From the NCBI GenBank assembly GCA_963739305.1, contig CAVTZU010000007.1, positions 1-33,318 on the forward strand: a DNA stretch of 33,318 nt. Reading direction: 5' to 3'. Made by a program: the position numbers and the translations under genes. Under the pieces are notes generated by a model, which saw only the letters and a program-made list of their open reading frames with translations, had not been told where the DNA came from and ran no database searches. Positions 21,146 to 30,715 of the stretch are shown piece after piece; position 1 is the stretch's first letter; every line of letters starts with the position of its first letter. Origin of the DNA: Candidatus Bathyarchaeota archaeon (GTDB taxonomy: Archaea; Thermoproteota; Bathyarchaeia; Bathyarchaeales; Bathycorpusculaceae).

Positions 21146-21562
21146 ATGGTTGGGTTTAGGGTTTTTAATGTGACGAGGAGTTTTTCGACGAGGGGGGAGG
21201 TTGAGTTTGTTGATTTGTCTGATTGGGTTCGGGAGGTTGTGGGTGAGTCTGGCGTGAGGAACGGTTTGGTGCACGTTTTTGCGCCACACGCGACGGGCGT
21301 TTTGATTTTGACTGAGAATGAGGATGGTTTGTTGGATGATGTGAGGAGGTTTCTTGAGAGGCTTGTTCCTAAGGGTGCTCGTTATGATCATCCTTCGAAT
21401 GCTTATGCGCATTTGAGGTCGATTCTTTTTCCTCCGGATAGGACGTTGCCGGTTGTTGATGGGCGGGTTGGTTTTGGGGCGTGGCAGTCGCTTCTGTTTG
21501 TTGAGACGGATGTGCATCCGAGGCGGAGGACGGTTGTTTTTCAGGTCATTGGAGAAACTTAG
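21146..21562 (+). CDS. yjbQ: YjbQ/UPF0047 family protein
   Basis: PHATG...ENE, YDH..NAYAHLRS and G.WQS motifs. Confidence 0.88.
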   Translation: MVGFRVFNVTRSFSTRGEVEFVDLSDWVREVVGESGVRNGLVHVFAPHATGVLILTENEDGLLDDVRRFLERLVPKGARYDHPSNAYAHLRSILFPPDRTLPVVDGRVGFGAWQSLLFVETDVHPRRRTVVFQVIGET

Positions 21563-21586
21563 GTTCGGTGATGGGCGGGTGAGGGA

Positions 21587-21657
21587 CTGGTCAACATGGT
21601 TTTTGAGTGTTTTCAGCTCTAAAACACCCTACCCCCCGGCCTTTTTTTCTTGCACGG
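21587..21657 (-). repeat. 71-bp repeat, copy 2 (inverted)
   Basis: Reverse complement of 12236-12306. Confidence 0.95.
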
Positions 21658-22214
21658 GGATTTGCGCGCGGTTTGGTGTGGGGTTTGGTGTGGGCTCGAG
21701 GATGGTCGGAACGATTTTTTGGATGTTGAACTTGTCAACTTTTTTAGGTGATTGTTTGATTCCGGTTGAGTTTGCCCGCGCTTCGAGGGTTGTTGGCGGC
21801 GAATGTGTTTGACGGCACGGTTGTGTCTGGGTTTTTATGTCATTTTTCGTGTCTTGGCCTATTGGGTTTTGCGTTGTACTTTGAAATGATTTGCGGCTTC
21901 ATGATCTTTCGCCTGACCTAAAAACCCCGTTTAGAGGATTACCTTCGTGGTTTGTGTTGCTTTCCAGAAGAGAAGGCGTGTTCTGCGTTTGAGAATGATG
22001 TTGAAATGGGTTATAGGTATTCCGCGTCGAGCGAACTCCTGCGTGATCGAGGGGGTTGTAAGCACGTATTAATAAGGTTCGGGATGTTTCGAAACATGAA
22101 TCGACAGCTTTTGGATTTGGATTAGGGAACAAGTTGATCTAGTAATGGGCTGATGAATTGCGCAAGAGTTATAATTTGATTTCGCACTTTGAAGCTCAGA
22201 TGTGATCGGCTGAT

Positions 22215-23054
22215 TTGTCTTTTGAAATCCAGGAATTGCACGATATCATTCGAGTCATCATACTTGTAGACCTGAGCAAGGGACAGAACGTGCAGAAAGC
22301 CTGGCTGAAGGAGCAGATTGACAAAGTTTGCACGGGCTACGCTTGCGTTGAGACGAGTGATCTTGACAAGACGCTTGGGCAAATGGTTGCTGAGGGGCTA
22401 ATCCATGACGATCGTGGAACCCTGCACTTGACCGAGCAGGGTATGAGGTTGGGCAAGGAATGGGCTAGCCTATTGTTGAAGAAGGAACCGATCTTGGAAG
22501 TCGTCGCTGGTCTAGTGGACGGCTCAATAACCGGACTCGTCGTTATAATCTCGGCTTTCGTTGCAAGCTTGGCTCTTAAGACGGCGATCTTCGCAGCGTT
22601 CCTCACTCTGTCGGCTGTGGCCATCACGAACTTCTCCAGTTTCTTCCTTGGTGGCATCACCGCGGATTTGGCTGATATGATTACGCTCCAGACCTTGATG
22701 AATTACAGTCTCAGCGACATTCCGGATAAGGGCCAGCGTGAGAAGTCGTTGAAACTGGTGAAAGACTTGTTTGCTGTTCTGCACAAGGAAATTAACAGGT
22801 CCAACCTTGTGGCCGGCATAATCAGTGGAACTACTACGTTTCTGGCCGGTATGCTGCCGATTCTTGCCTATTTTGTCTTGCCGAAGCCCCTGGATCTGAT
22901 TGCTTCTCTAGGAGTGGTCGGAGTAATTGCGGGAGTTTTCCTGGTTCGGTACCGGTCCCGGAGATCAAGAGTTCATTGGAAAGTAACGCTGGTTGAGACT
23001 GCAGTAATAATCGCTATTGCAGTCATCGTCTCTCTCATAATCGGCAGTGTTTGA
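22215..23054 (+). CDS. Membrane protein with N-terminal wHTH-like domain and VIT1/CCC1-like TM region
   Basis: LTEQG wing motif, then V.GLVDG.IT.L and TFLAGMLPILAY resembling VIT1/CCC1 helices. Confidence 0.55.
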   Translation: MSFEIQELHDIIRVIILVDLSKGQNVQKAWLKEQIDKVCTGYACVETSDLDKTLGQMVAEGLIHDDRGTLHLTEQGMRLGKEWASLLLKKEPILEVVAGLVDGSITGLVVIISAFVASLALKTAIFAAFLTLSAVAITNFSSFFLGGITADLADMITLQTLMNYSLSDIPDKGQREKSLKLVKDLFAVLHKEINRSNLVAGIISGTTTFLAGMLPILAYFVLPKPLDLIASLGVVGVIAGVFLVRYRSRRSRVHWKVTLVETAVIIAIAVIVSLIIGSV

Positions 23055-23465
23055 CAATCCTTGTTTTCATCAATCGGGCCAACAGATTGTTCGAGTCTTG
23101 AACCTCACAATTAGCTCCCAAATGACACAAAATTGCATCCATTCGTTAATCTTTCGTCTAGCGCTCTCACGTCAAATTGCAATTTCCATGTCAATCGTGC
23201 ACGTTCCTAACTACTTCGATCCGTCAGTGCATGGTTTTCCGAAGAAACGTCGCTGGGTTGCGTACGCAGACCATGTTACCGTTCTTTCAGCACCGTGGGC
23301 AAACAGAAAAAGAACTTTGCCTTGGCTGGACGATACGTCGTAGAAATGAGAAAGCGAAAGGGTTCTTCAGAGTTAATAAGGTTCGAAGTTGTACGAGACC
23401 GCCACATCTTTTGCACATGCTCGAGGAGTTTAAGCGTGGTGTTCTTGGCACACGAGAGGGATCTT

Positions 23466-24443
23466 TCACAGTTCTGTCAGGTTAAGCTTGAGTTTTCGTG
23501 ACAGGTTATTGAGGTCGTGCAACACGTAGATGAAGACATACCCTCTCCAGATTCCCCATCTTTGTTCAGCGAGCTTCTTGAGCTCTGGGATGGCTTTTCG
23601 TGGAGATTGAGACGCTTTTCCCAGAAGCAAAAGACTGAAGATTTTGGCGCTCCAGACGTCGAGTGGAAGGCCGGCTTGTGGGAGCACTATGTCTGCTGAG
23701 TATTCGCCTATTCCTTCCAACTCCATAAGTTTGGCCTTTGCTTCTTGCGGGGACATTTTCTCCAGTTGCCGAGGTTCTGGGAAGCCCTCGCGAACTGTTT
23801 CAGCTATACTCTTGAGCGAGCGTGCCCTGTATCCGACCTTGCATTTTCGGCGCAATTCTTCCACAGAGGCTTTAGCAATACGTGTTGGCGAAGGCCAGTA
23901 TTTGATTTCTTTACCGTCAAACTTTGTGTTTTCTCCGTACTCTTCTATTAATAGGCTCATCATCTGATCGCTTCTTGATATCGGAGCCATCTGCAAAGTC
24001 ACAGCTAAGATGAGTCGAGGAAAGAGATCAGGCTGTTTTGTGTTTCTCATACCATACAGGTCGTCTACGAGCATTTTTACAAGTGAGTCCTTCTGGGCGA
24101 GAACGTAGAATCGGTTAATGTCTTCCTTCAGGTTCAACATCCAAGAGAGTGTTTCGATTATTTCTTCTTTTTCGGGTGTTCTGAGTTTACAATGAGAATA
24201 GACTTTGCAGGAGATCTTCGGGTTGTTGACGACACCTTCTGATCTGAGCTTAAGTCCAAGCATTTCTCCTGAATTGGTTCGCATGGCTGTCCAAAGAATC
24301 CCTTTTTCAAAAATTTCAAGAGGCGTAAGCAACGGCCATCCACCAGGTTTGCGAATTGTTAGGTCGAAGTCATAGGGAGGGATGGCGTGAAGTCTCAGCG
24401 TCGTGGACTCGGCGAGATTGCCTGACGAGTCATTGCGAACCAT
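23466..24443 (-). CDS. HhH-GPD DNA glycosylase (AlkA/Ogg-like)
   Basis: KVGYRA, LMELEGIGEYSA HhH motif, PLDVW, WGIWRGY. Confidence 0.85.
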   Translation of the reverse strand: MVRNDSSGNLAESTTLRLHAIPPYDFDLTIRKPGGWPLLTPLEIFEKGILWTAMRTNSGEMLGLKLRSEGVVNNPKISCKVYSHCKLRTPEKEEIIETLSWMLNLKEDINRFYVLAQKDSLVKMLVDDLYGMRNTKQPDLFPRLILAVTLQMAPISRSDQMMSLLIEEYGENTKFDGKEIKYWPSPTRIAKASVEELRRKCKVGYRARSLKSIAETVREGFPEPRQLEKMSPQEAKAKLMELEGIGEYSADIVLPQAGLPLDVWSAKIFSLLLLGKASQSPRKAIPELKKLAEQRWGIWRGYVFIYVLHDLNNLSRKLKLNLTEL

Positions 24444-24792
24444 GCTGTTACCCTTGTCGAGCTGCTAGACTTACGGTGACACGTGCACAATAACCTTTGG
24501 TAAGCTCTACACTATTTTTTGGAGCTTGACAAAAGCCTTGGCTAACACGGGTGTCACCCGGGATTGACCGCACTAATCATCTATCTTTGTTACTCCTATG
24601 ATTTGTGATGATCGATGGAGAGCATCGTCAAGGAACTCAACAAAATCGGAACAACTGGCGCTCTAGAAATTTCGATGTTTGACAATAAAGCGTAAGCATT
24701 GCCTGTTGTCCTCCATTGACGTCGGAAACGGCCAAGACCATTATTTTTATTAGGTGAGGAATGACGAGATTAATTCGTGGAAAGTGACTGTT

Positions 24793-25662
24793 ATGGATAG
24801 AGCTGTGGCGAAGGTTTTCAAGAGCAGACCGACTTTGGAGGGCGCTGGAGTCCGGCTCAAAAGGGTTTTCAATGGCGGTGAGGTTCGGCTGTTTGACCCA
24901 TTTCTGCTTCTGGATCATTTCGGTTCTGACAATCCTGAGGACTACGTCAAGGGGTTTCCCTGGCACCCCCACCGCGGGATTGAAACGGTTACATACATGC
25001 TTGCTGGAGAGGTTGAGCACGGCGACAGCATTGGCAACAAGGGCCTCATTGCTTCTGGTGACGTCCAGTGGATGACTGCAGGATCAGGGATAATTCATCA
25101 GGAGATGCCTAGAAGGTATGATGGTTTGATGCAAGGTTTTCAGCTGTGGGTGAATCTACCGAGCAGTAATAAAATGATGGCACCGAGGTATCGTGGAATC
25201 ACTAAAGACGATATCCCGTCGTTCGAAAAAGGCGGAGTCAAACTCAACGTCATAGCGGGAAGTGTTAATGGAATTGAAGGACCAGTTCAGGATCTAGTGG
25301 TAGATGTTGAATACTTCGATGTCCACTTGAAGGCTGGAAACAGGTTTGAGCATCCGACCGATGCCGACTTGACTGCTTTCTCTTATGTCATTGATGGCAC
25401 AGTAATCTGCGGTGACACCCTGATAAGACCAGAAAATTGTGCGCTTTTTGGAAAAGGCGATCGCGTGACAATAATAACAAAGGAGGGTGCGCATTTCCTC
25501 TTCGTGACGGGCAAACCGTTGAATGAGCCCATCGCTTGGGGAGGACCGATCGTGATGAACACCGAGGGCGAATTGGCCAGCGCCTTTGAGGAGTTGGAGC
25601 AGGGTACATTCATCAAAGACGGTAGAGTAGTGAAGTCAGCAAGACACTTTTATCGACGCTGA
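24793..25662 (+). CDS. Pirin family protein
   Basis: DPFLLLDHF, GFPWHPHRGIETVTY, WMTAGSGIIHQEMP, QLWVNLP. Confidence 0.95.
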   Translation: MDRAVAKVFKSRPTLEGAGVRLKRVFNGGEVRLFDPFLLLDHFGSDNPEDYVKGFPWHPHRGIETVTYMLAGEVEHGDSIGNKGLIASGDVQWMTAGSGIIHQEMPRRYDGLMQGFQLWVNLPSSNKMMAPRYRGITKDDIPSFEKGGVKLNVIAGSVNGIEGPVQDLVVDVEYFDVHLKAGNRFEHPTDADLTAFSYVIDGTVICGDTLIRPENCALFGKGDRVTIITKEGAHFLFVTGKPLNEPIAWGGPIVMNTEGELASAFEELEQGTFIKDGRVVKSARHFYRR

Positions 25663-25950
25663 ATGCGCTCAAACATGAACGATTCACCAGATCTTTGCCC
25701 TAGAACAATTCTTAATCAATCTTTCACCCTTCGTGACTAGGCGAAGAACATCTCTTTGACTCATATAATACTCTGATTCAGAAGGATCAGCAGCAAACCT
25801 CAGAGGCGCTGCAAATCGGAATAAGATGAACCAAAAAACCATGTCCAGAGGCGCGCGCACCAAGTGTTTGTATTAGTTGAGAAAGGTAAGCAGCGACAGG
25901 GCAAGGCACAAAAACAGACACAAACACAACGACTGGGAGAGCAGATAGAC

Positions 25951-26676
25951 ATGAACATAAACAAAAACCTCATCATGATTATACTTCTTTTGATTCTTTG
26001 CATTGTCCCCTTAGCAGGCAGAGTAAAAGCCGACGTGATCGCTGGAGTCCAACCTGGAGACTGGATCAAATATGACGCAAAAGGTCCCTCTGATACGCCC
26101 GGACAGTTCGAAAGTTATTGGATGAACGCCACCGTGATCTACGTAAGCGACACACTAGTCACGATCACCTTAGATTCAAACTCAACGAACATTGGCAACT
26201 CATATTACCAAGTCGACGTTGCGACAGACTGCTGGATCGGCGGAGCATTTCCACTCATCGTTCCCGCAAACCTGTCCTCTGGCGACGATGTCCCTGGAGG
26301 CAACCCAACCGCGACGATAAACGACACGACGCAACATTTCGGTAGAGACGCGGCACACATCGGCATCACTTCAAGCAGTGAAGTCTCCGACGTCTATTGG
26401 GACCGACAGAAGGGCGTACTCCTTGAACTCAGCGGCAGAGACCCAAACGACGCGTCATCTCAGACGACCATCAAAATGGTCGACACCAACATGTGGACAA
26501 GCTTACCCGCACTGTTCGGGTCAGACCCATTGCTCTGGGCAGCCGCTGGGATCGTCGTAGTGGCAGTCCTCGTCGTCTCTGCAATAGCATTGACACGATA
26601 TAGAAAGAGGCTTTCAATTACCACGGCCGGTCTCCCGCCTCAGTATCCTCCACCGCCGCCACCTCCTCCTCCATAA
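25951..26676 (+). CDS. Exported, C-terminally membrane-anchored hypothetical protein with poly-proline tail
   Basis: Signal peptide, GVQPGDWIKY and YWDRQKGVLLE motifs, TM helix, then PPQYPPPPPPPP. Confidence 0.75.
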   Translation: MNINKNLIMIILLLILCIVPLAGRVKADVIAGVQPGDWIKYDAKGPSDTPGQFESYWMNATVIYVSDTLVTITLDSNSTNIGNSYYQVDVATDCWIGGAFPLIVPANLSSGDDVPGGNPTATINDTTQHFGRDAAHIGITSSSEVSDVYWDRQKGVLLELSGRDPNDASSQTTIKMVDTNMWTSLPALFGSDPLLWAAAGIVVVAVLVVSAIALTRYRKRLSITTAGLPPQYPPPPPPPPP

Positions 26677-26985
26677 CGTTCTGCTTGCGCTTCAACTTCA
26701 ATTCCATATTGGCGTGCGCCTCTTGGTTCGCATGCTCATGTTTTCCCTGCCGTGCCTAAGCCGCGCGCGCTGCGGATATATCTCCACTTCCAGCGCAACC
26801 TCTTTTTTGTGTTCTCTTTTTGATGCTTTTGTATACAAGGTTGATGGATAGTCGCACGCTCGAATTTTTGCCGTATTGTTCTTTGCAAATATGGTTGAGA
26901 AATGTAAACGCATAGAAAAGAAGAAGAAGGTGTGAAGCCATAAGGGAATCAAAGTCTGGGCAAGAAGATTCGAGTTGAAAAAGAG

Positions 26986-27531
26986 ATGAAATTGATGAAA
27001 AAGCCCCTTAAAGATGTCGAATTGAGGCTGATTTCTGAACTTATGAAGAATAGTCGGCGAAGTGATAGAGAACTCGCCAGGGTTTTAGGAATATCGCAGC
27101 CGACAGTGACGAGAACAAGGACGAGGCTCGAGAAGGAAGGCTACATCAGAGAGTACACGATGATTCCTGATTTCCGTGCTCTCGGCTACACGATCATGGG
27201 AGCCACGTTGTTAGAAGTGCGTGAGGCATTCACCGAAGACAAGCTCAAAGAAATCAGGAAGATTACAACCAAAATCGAGGAGAGTAATCCTCGTGCCGCT
27301 TTGTTAGCTGTGAACGCTTTGGGCGGCGATAAGAACAGACTTTTCATAACCTTCTATGAGAACTACTCAGATCACGTCGACGCAATGAGACTTACAAGGC
27401 AGATTCCTCAGGTTGATGTCGAAAGCATCCAGAGTCTTCTCGTGGACTTGAACGATGAAACAAACTACAGAGTGCTAAGCATGTCTGCCATTGCGAATCA
27501 TCTGCAAAAACGGTTGGAAAAAAAGAAGTAG
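26986..27531 (+). CDS. Lrp/AsnC-type winged-helix transcriptional regulator
   Basis: ELMKNSRRSDRELARVLGISQPTVTR...LEKEGYIREYT.IPDF..LGY. Confidence 0.88.
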   Translation: MKLMKKPLKDVELRLISELMKNSRRSDRELARVLGISQPTVTRTRTRLEKEGYIREYTMIPDFRALGYTIMGATLLEVREAFTEDKLKEIRKITTKIEESNPRAALLAVNALGGDKNRLFITFYENYSDHVDAMRLTRQIPQVDVESIQSLLVDLNDETNYRVLSMSAIANHLQKRLEKKK

Positions 27532-27544
27532 ATCGGCGCGCGGT

Positions 27545-27717
27545 AACAACACGCAACGATACATCAACATTGAACGAACAATTTTTTGAGGCCAAAAGCG
27601 ACGATTTCACAGTAAGAGTAGCGGAGAAAACGGAGGAAGTCAAAGCATTACTCGAAGGAGGCCTTCGAATGGATAGCGCAGAAGGAAGGCTTAATATTCC
27701 TGAGGAAACGCAAATGA
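27545..27717 (+). pseudogene. C-terminal remnant of a tyrosine recombinase/integrase (two indels)
   Basis: Reads NNTQRYINIERTIF / EAKSDDFTVRVAEKTEEVKALLEGG / FEWIAQKEGLIFLRKRK*. The NT..Y resembles the catalytic Tyr motif. Homologous to 31845-31934. Confidence 0.7.
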
Positions 27718-27761
27718 CTGAGAAAGCTACCATCGACAGATACCCAAGTCACCAAAATAGC

Positions 27762-27776
27762 GGCCGGGGTGAGGTA
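27762..27776 (+). mobile_element. att-like duplication of the tRNA-His 5' end
   Basis: GGCCGGGGTGAGGTA is identical to 31967-31981, with a similar preceding context (GTCACCAAAAT vs GTCAACAAAAAT) after an integrase tail. Confidence 0.75.
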
Positions 27777-27923
27777 TTCTCGGCCTTTTGGGGACATCTC
27801 CCGGACAAATCCCCGTTTTTTTCAATATAGACACCAGACTCAGCTCGCCTTGTTCGGTATTCATATCTGTTTTTCATAGGGCGATCGCTAGCTGGCTTTT
27901 TGCTTGAAAAGAAAAAAGAGGGA

Positions 27924-30614
27924 TTATGGTACGTGTTGGTTGAAATGGGCTGCCAGTATGATGGCGTCGTAGATGTCTATGTTTCCGTCTCCGTTGCAGT
28001 CAGCGTCGGCATTATATCTCTTGTCGCCTTGCTTTGACCCGAAGGCGTTTGCCAGCTGGATGGCGTCGTAGATGTCTACTAGGCCGTTTCCAGTAACATC
28101 GCCTGGGAGCGTCTTGGCAATAAGGATGCCTGCCGGTTGCACGTTGTTGGCTGGGTTGGTGTCATTTACATTGCTGTTGATTGGCCATGTTTCGCCTACT
28201 ATTGCGTACGGGATACCTGTGCTGTTGCCAGCCATCACAATGTCTGTGCCATCAGCCCAGAAAATCATTGAAGCACTTGCACTTCCACCGGGCATAAGGG
28301 TTACGATGGTGCTATTGGCGGCCTGCTTGCCGTCCGTCGCTGACGTGTATGTCAAAGAGACTGTCGCATACAGACTGCCGATGGCGCCGTTGAAGTCGTT
28401 TCTTGTTACGTTAAGTATGTAGTTCCGTAAATCGGGGTTTGCGTTGCCGTTGCCTATTCTCATTTGGTTGTGGAATATGTATGTGACATTTGGAGTAGGC
28501 GTTGCTGGGGTAACAGTCATCAAGGCCACGTCCACGTTCTGGAGTGCAGTTACGGATTTATACAAGTCGTAGAAGTAGTCGCCTGGAAGTAGTGCGTTGT
28601 AGTACCAGCCTTGAACCCAGTCCCTTGTCCATCTTCGGTCTATTGGTTGAACCAGCACGAAGCTTATGACGTCTTCGTAGTACTTTGCCTGCAGGTCTTT
28701 GTAAAGTAGTCCAAGCTGAGTGAAGTTCTGCTCGATCATTGCTGCCTCGATTTCATTGTCTATTACTGTTTGATCTGCTGGGAAGGGAGGCCCCTGTGAT
28801 ATTGGAAAACTCACGTGTGAATACATGTATGTCATTGCGAAGTCTAGCGCGTCGGCAAAGTCTGCCAGTTTGCCTTGGGTGTAACCGGGCATCGACATTG
28901 AGTTCATGGCGTCCAAGAACACTGGCCAGTCTAAGCCTTTCACGTTAACCTTGTATTTCGGGTTAAGCAATTGGAAATTTCTGGCGATCAGGTCTAATGC
29001 GCTTTTTCTTTCTTCGTTGCCGTTGTTGTACAGAAGGGTTGTTTCGAACCCTGCGGAGCTGACGTTGATGCCGTCTATGACGGCTTGGCTGAGTTCGTAC
29101 GTCATATTCTTGTAGTTATCGTAGTTATTATCGCGCACAGTGAGTGTTGTGTTCTGGAATGATGATGGTGGCAGACCGTAGATCCACCATGAAGTTAGAT
29201 TGATTGCTTCCCAGGAATAAGTCGTAGGAACGTACCCGTTCGTGCCCGTGTAGTTGACTGCCCACGCGAAAGCCCGTCTTATGTGCTCGTTTGCGAAGAA
29301 CAACAGCACCGCTCCGGTCTGATGATTCGGATAACCAACATAAGACTGGTAGGAACTTGCACTTGACACGTTCATCGTGAATAACACTGCCTCGTTCCTC
29401 AATGCGGCGATGTTGTAGACGAGGTTGATTCCTGCGTCAGGATTTTCTGAGCTGGAACCGGTGGCTAACTCGGCTATTCGGGCAGGTGGAACTTGTATCT
29501 CGTCGAATTCACCTTCCAGGAACAGCATCTTCGTGGTTTGCCAGTCGTCAACGGTCTTTTCGATAACGGTGTTCACGTGGTTGCCACTCCATCCGCCCCA
29601 ATAAGCGGCGAACTTGTCGATTCTCCAGACCTTGTTCGCCTGGTCCAATGAAGTGAACAGGTATGGCCCGGTGCCAATGAGTTCGTTGACGTGTTTGTTA
29701 CTGCCCGGATACTTTGAACCTGCCGGACCGTAAATTGCGGGGTCTTTCCACTGGTCGATTTCGCTCCGCGTGGCTGTTGGCTTCATGTGCCACAGGTTAG
29801 TCCAGCCTGCCGCGAACTGCCCGTTCCATCCACCGTGCTCCATAACCCATTCAGGTTCGACTATGCTTCCGTACGTTGACGCGAAAATCTGGTTCAGAAT
29901 GTCTGGATTCCATGGAACCTGGAAGTGGAAGCTGACTTGGTTTGGGCCAGATATGTAGCACCACGACTGTATTATGCTGCCCGCGCTGAGTTCGTCGGCC
30001 GCGTTTACAAATGTGCCATTGGCGTATGTGCTGAAGGGTCCTCCGACTAATTCGGTGCTGAAGCCTACAAATCCGAACGCGGGTTCAAACCACATCCATG
30101 TGGGCCCGTAAGGCGAATCGTAGACCATTTGTCTCCGGAACGAGTAGACAACGTCGGCTGCTGTAAGGTTGCGTGGAGGAATTATCGTGCCGTTGCCCGC
30201 TGTCCATGGTTGGAACAGTGCATTGGTGTTGATCGTGAACGTGTAGTATTCACCTGACGCGTTTTGGACTATTGTCGGCAGCGCCGTGGCCAATATTGGA
30301 CCGTAGCTATAGAGGTCAGCGTACATTGCAATTGTCAGGTTGGTTCCAACCCCTGGCGTGAAGGGGACGACTGGCTTGTTATTCCACCATATCAGCGTCT
30401 GTACGATGTTTTGTATCAATTCACGGCTTGCTGTGTCGTAGGCACGAGCCGGGTCAAGCCTAGATGGTTGATCCGTCCTCTGAAGGTAGTAGGTTGAAGT
30501 GTCTACTGGCGGCTGTCTGGACATTGCCGAGACCATGAAGCAGCTTACCATCAAAGAACTGATGAGAAATGCAGCGATCAGTTTTTCCTTATTACCATTC
30601 AATGTCTTTGGCAA
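27924..30614 (-). CDS. Family 5 ABC solute-binding protein with C-terminal beta-rich domain and dockerin type I domain
   Basis: LDPARAYDTAS, IGTGPY, LADFAD; GDVTGNGLVDIYDAI...DCNGDGNIDIYDAI dockerin repeats; GGGGATGA RBS before TTG at 30614. Confidence 0.88.
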   Translation of the reverse strand: MPKTLNGNKEKLIAAFLISSLMVSCFMVSAMSRQPPVDTSTYYLQRTDQPSRLDPARAYDTASRELIQNIVQTLIWWNNKPVVPFTPGVGTNLTIAMYADLYSYGPILATALPTIVQNASGEYYTFTINTNALFQPWTAGNGTIIPPRNLTAADVVYSFRRQMVYDSPYGPTWMWFEPAFGFVGFSTELVGGPFSTYANGTFVNAADELSAGSIIQSWCYISGPNQVSFHFQVPWNPDILNQIFASTYGSIVEPEWVMEHGGWNGQFAAGWTNLWHMKPTATRSEIDQWKDPAIYGPAGSKYPGSNKHVNELIGTGPYLFTSLDQANKVWRIDKFAAYWGGWSGNHVNTVIEKTVDDWQTTKMLFLEGEFDEIQVPPARIAELATGSSSENPDAGINLVYNIAALRNEAVLFTMNVSSASSYQSYVGYPNHQTGAVLLFFANEHIRRAFAWAVNYTGTNGYVPTTYSWEAINLTSWWIYGLPPSSFQNTTLTVRDNNYDNYKNMTYELSQAVIDGINVSSAGFETTLLYNNGNEERKSALDLIARNFQLLNPKYKVNVKGLDWPVFLDAMNSMSMPGYTQGKLADFADALDFAMTYMYSHVSFPISQGPPFPADQTVIDNEIEAAMIEQNFTQLGLLYKDLQAKYYEDVISFVLVQPIDRRWTRDWVQGWYYNALLPGDYFYDLYKSVTALQNVDVALMTVTPATPTPNVTYIFHNQMRIGNGNANPDLRNYILNVTRNDFNGAIGSLYATVSLTYTSATDGKQAANSTIVTLMPGGSASASMIFWADGTDIVMAGNSTGIPYAIVGETWPINSNVNDTNPANNVQPAGILIAKTLPGDVTGNGLVDIYDAIQLANAFGSKQGDKRYNADADCNGDGNIDIYDAIILAAHFNQHVP

Positions 30615-30648
30615 TTTTTCATCCCCATGGGAGATTAGTCTTAGTAGT

Positions 30649-30715
30649 AAATAAGATCTGTGAAACAAAGTTCTATCATAGAATATGAGGTATCATGATT
30701 GAATCAAATGAATCA
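30649..30715 (-). promoter_or_regulatory. Promoter/operator region of the SBP gene
   Basis: Sense ATAGAAC-N4-TTTCACA-GA-TCTTAT; TGAATCAAATGAATCA at 30700-30715; matches 6611-6679. Confidence 0.6.

Noticed and set aside
27570-27830. 86-aa ORF as a real gene
   Set aside because: It is a chance frame through the frameshifted integrase remnant and the att site.
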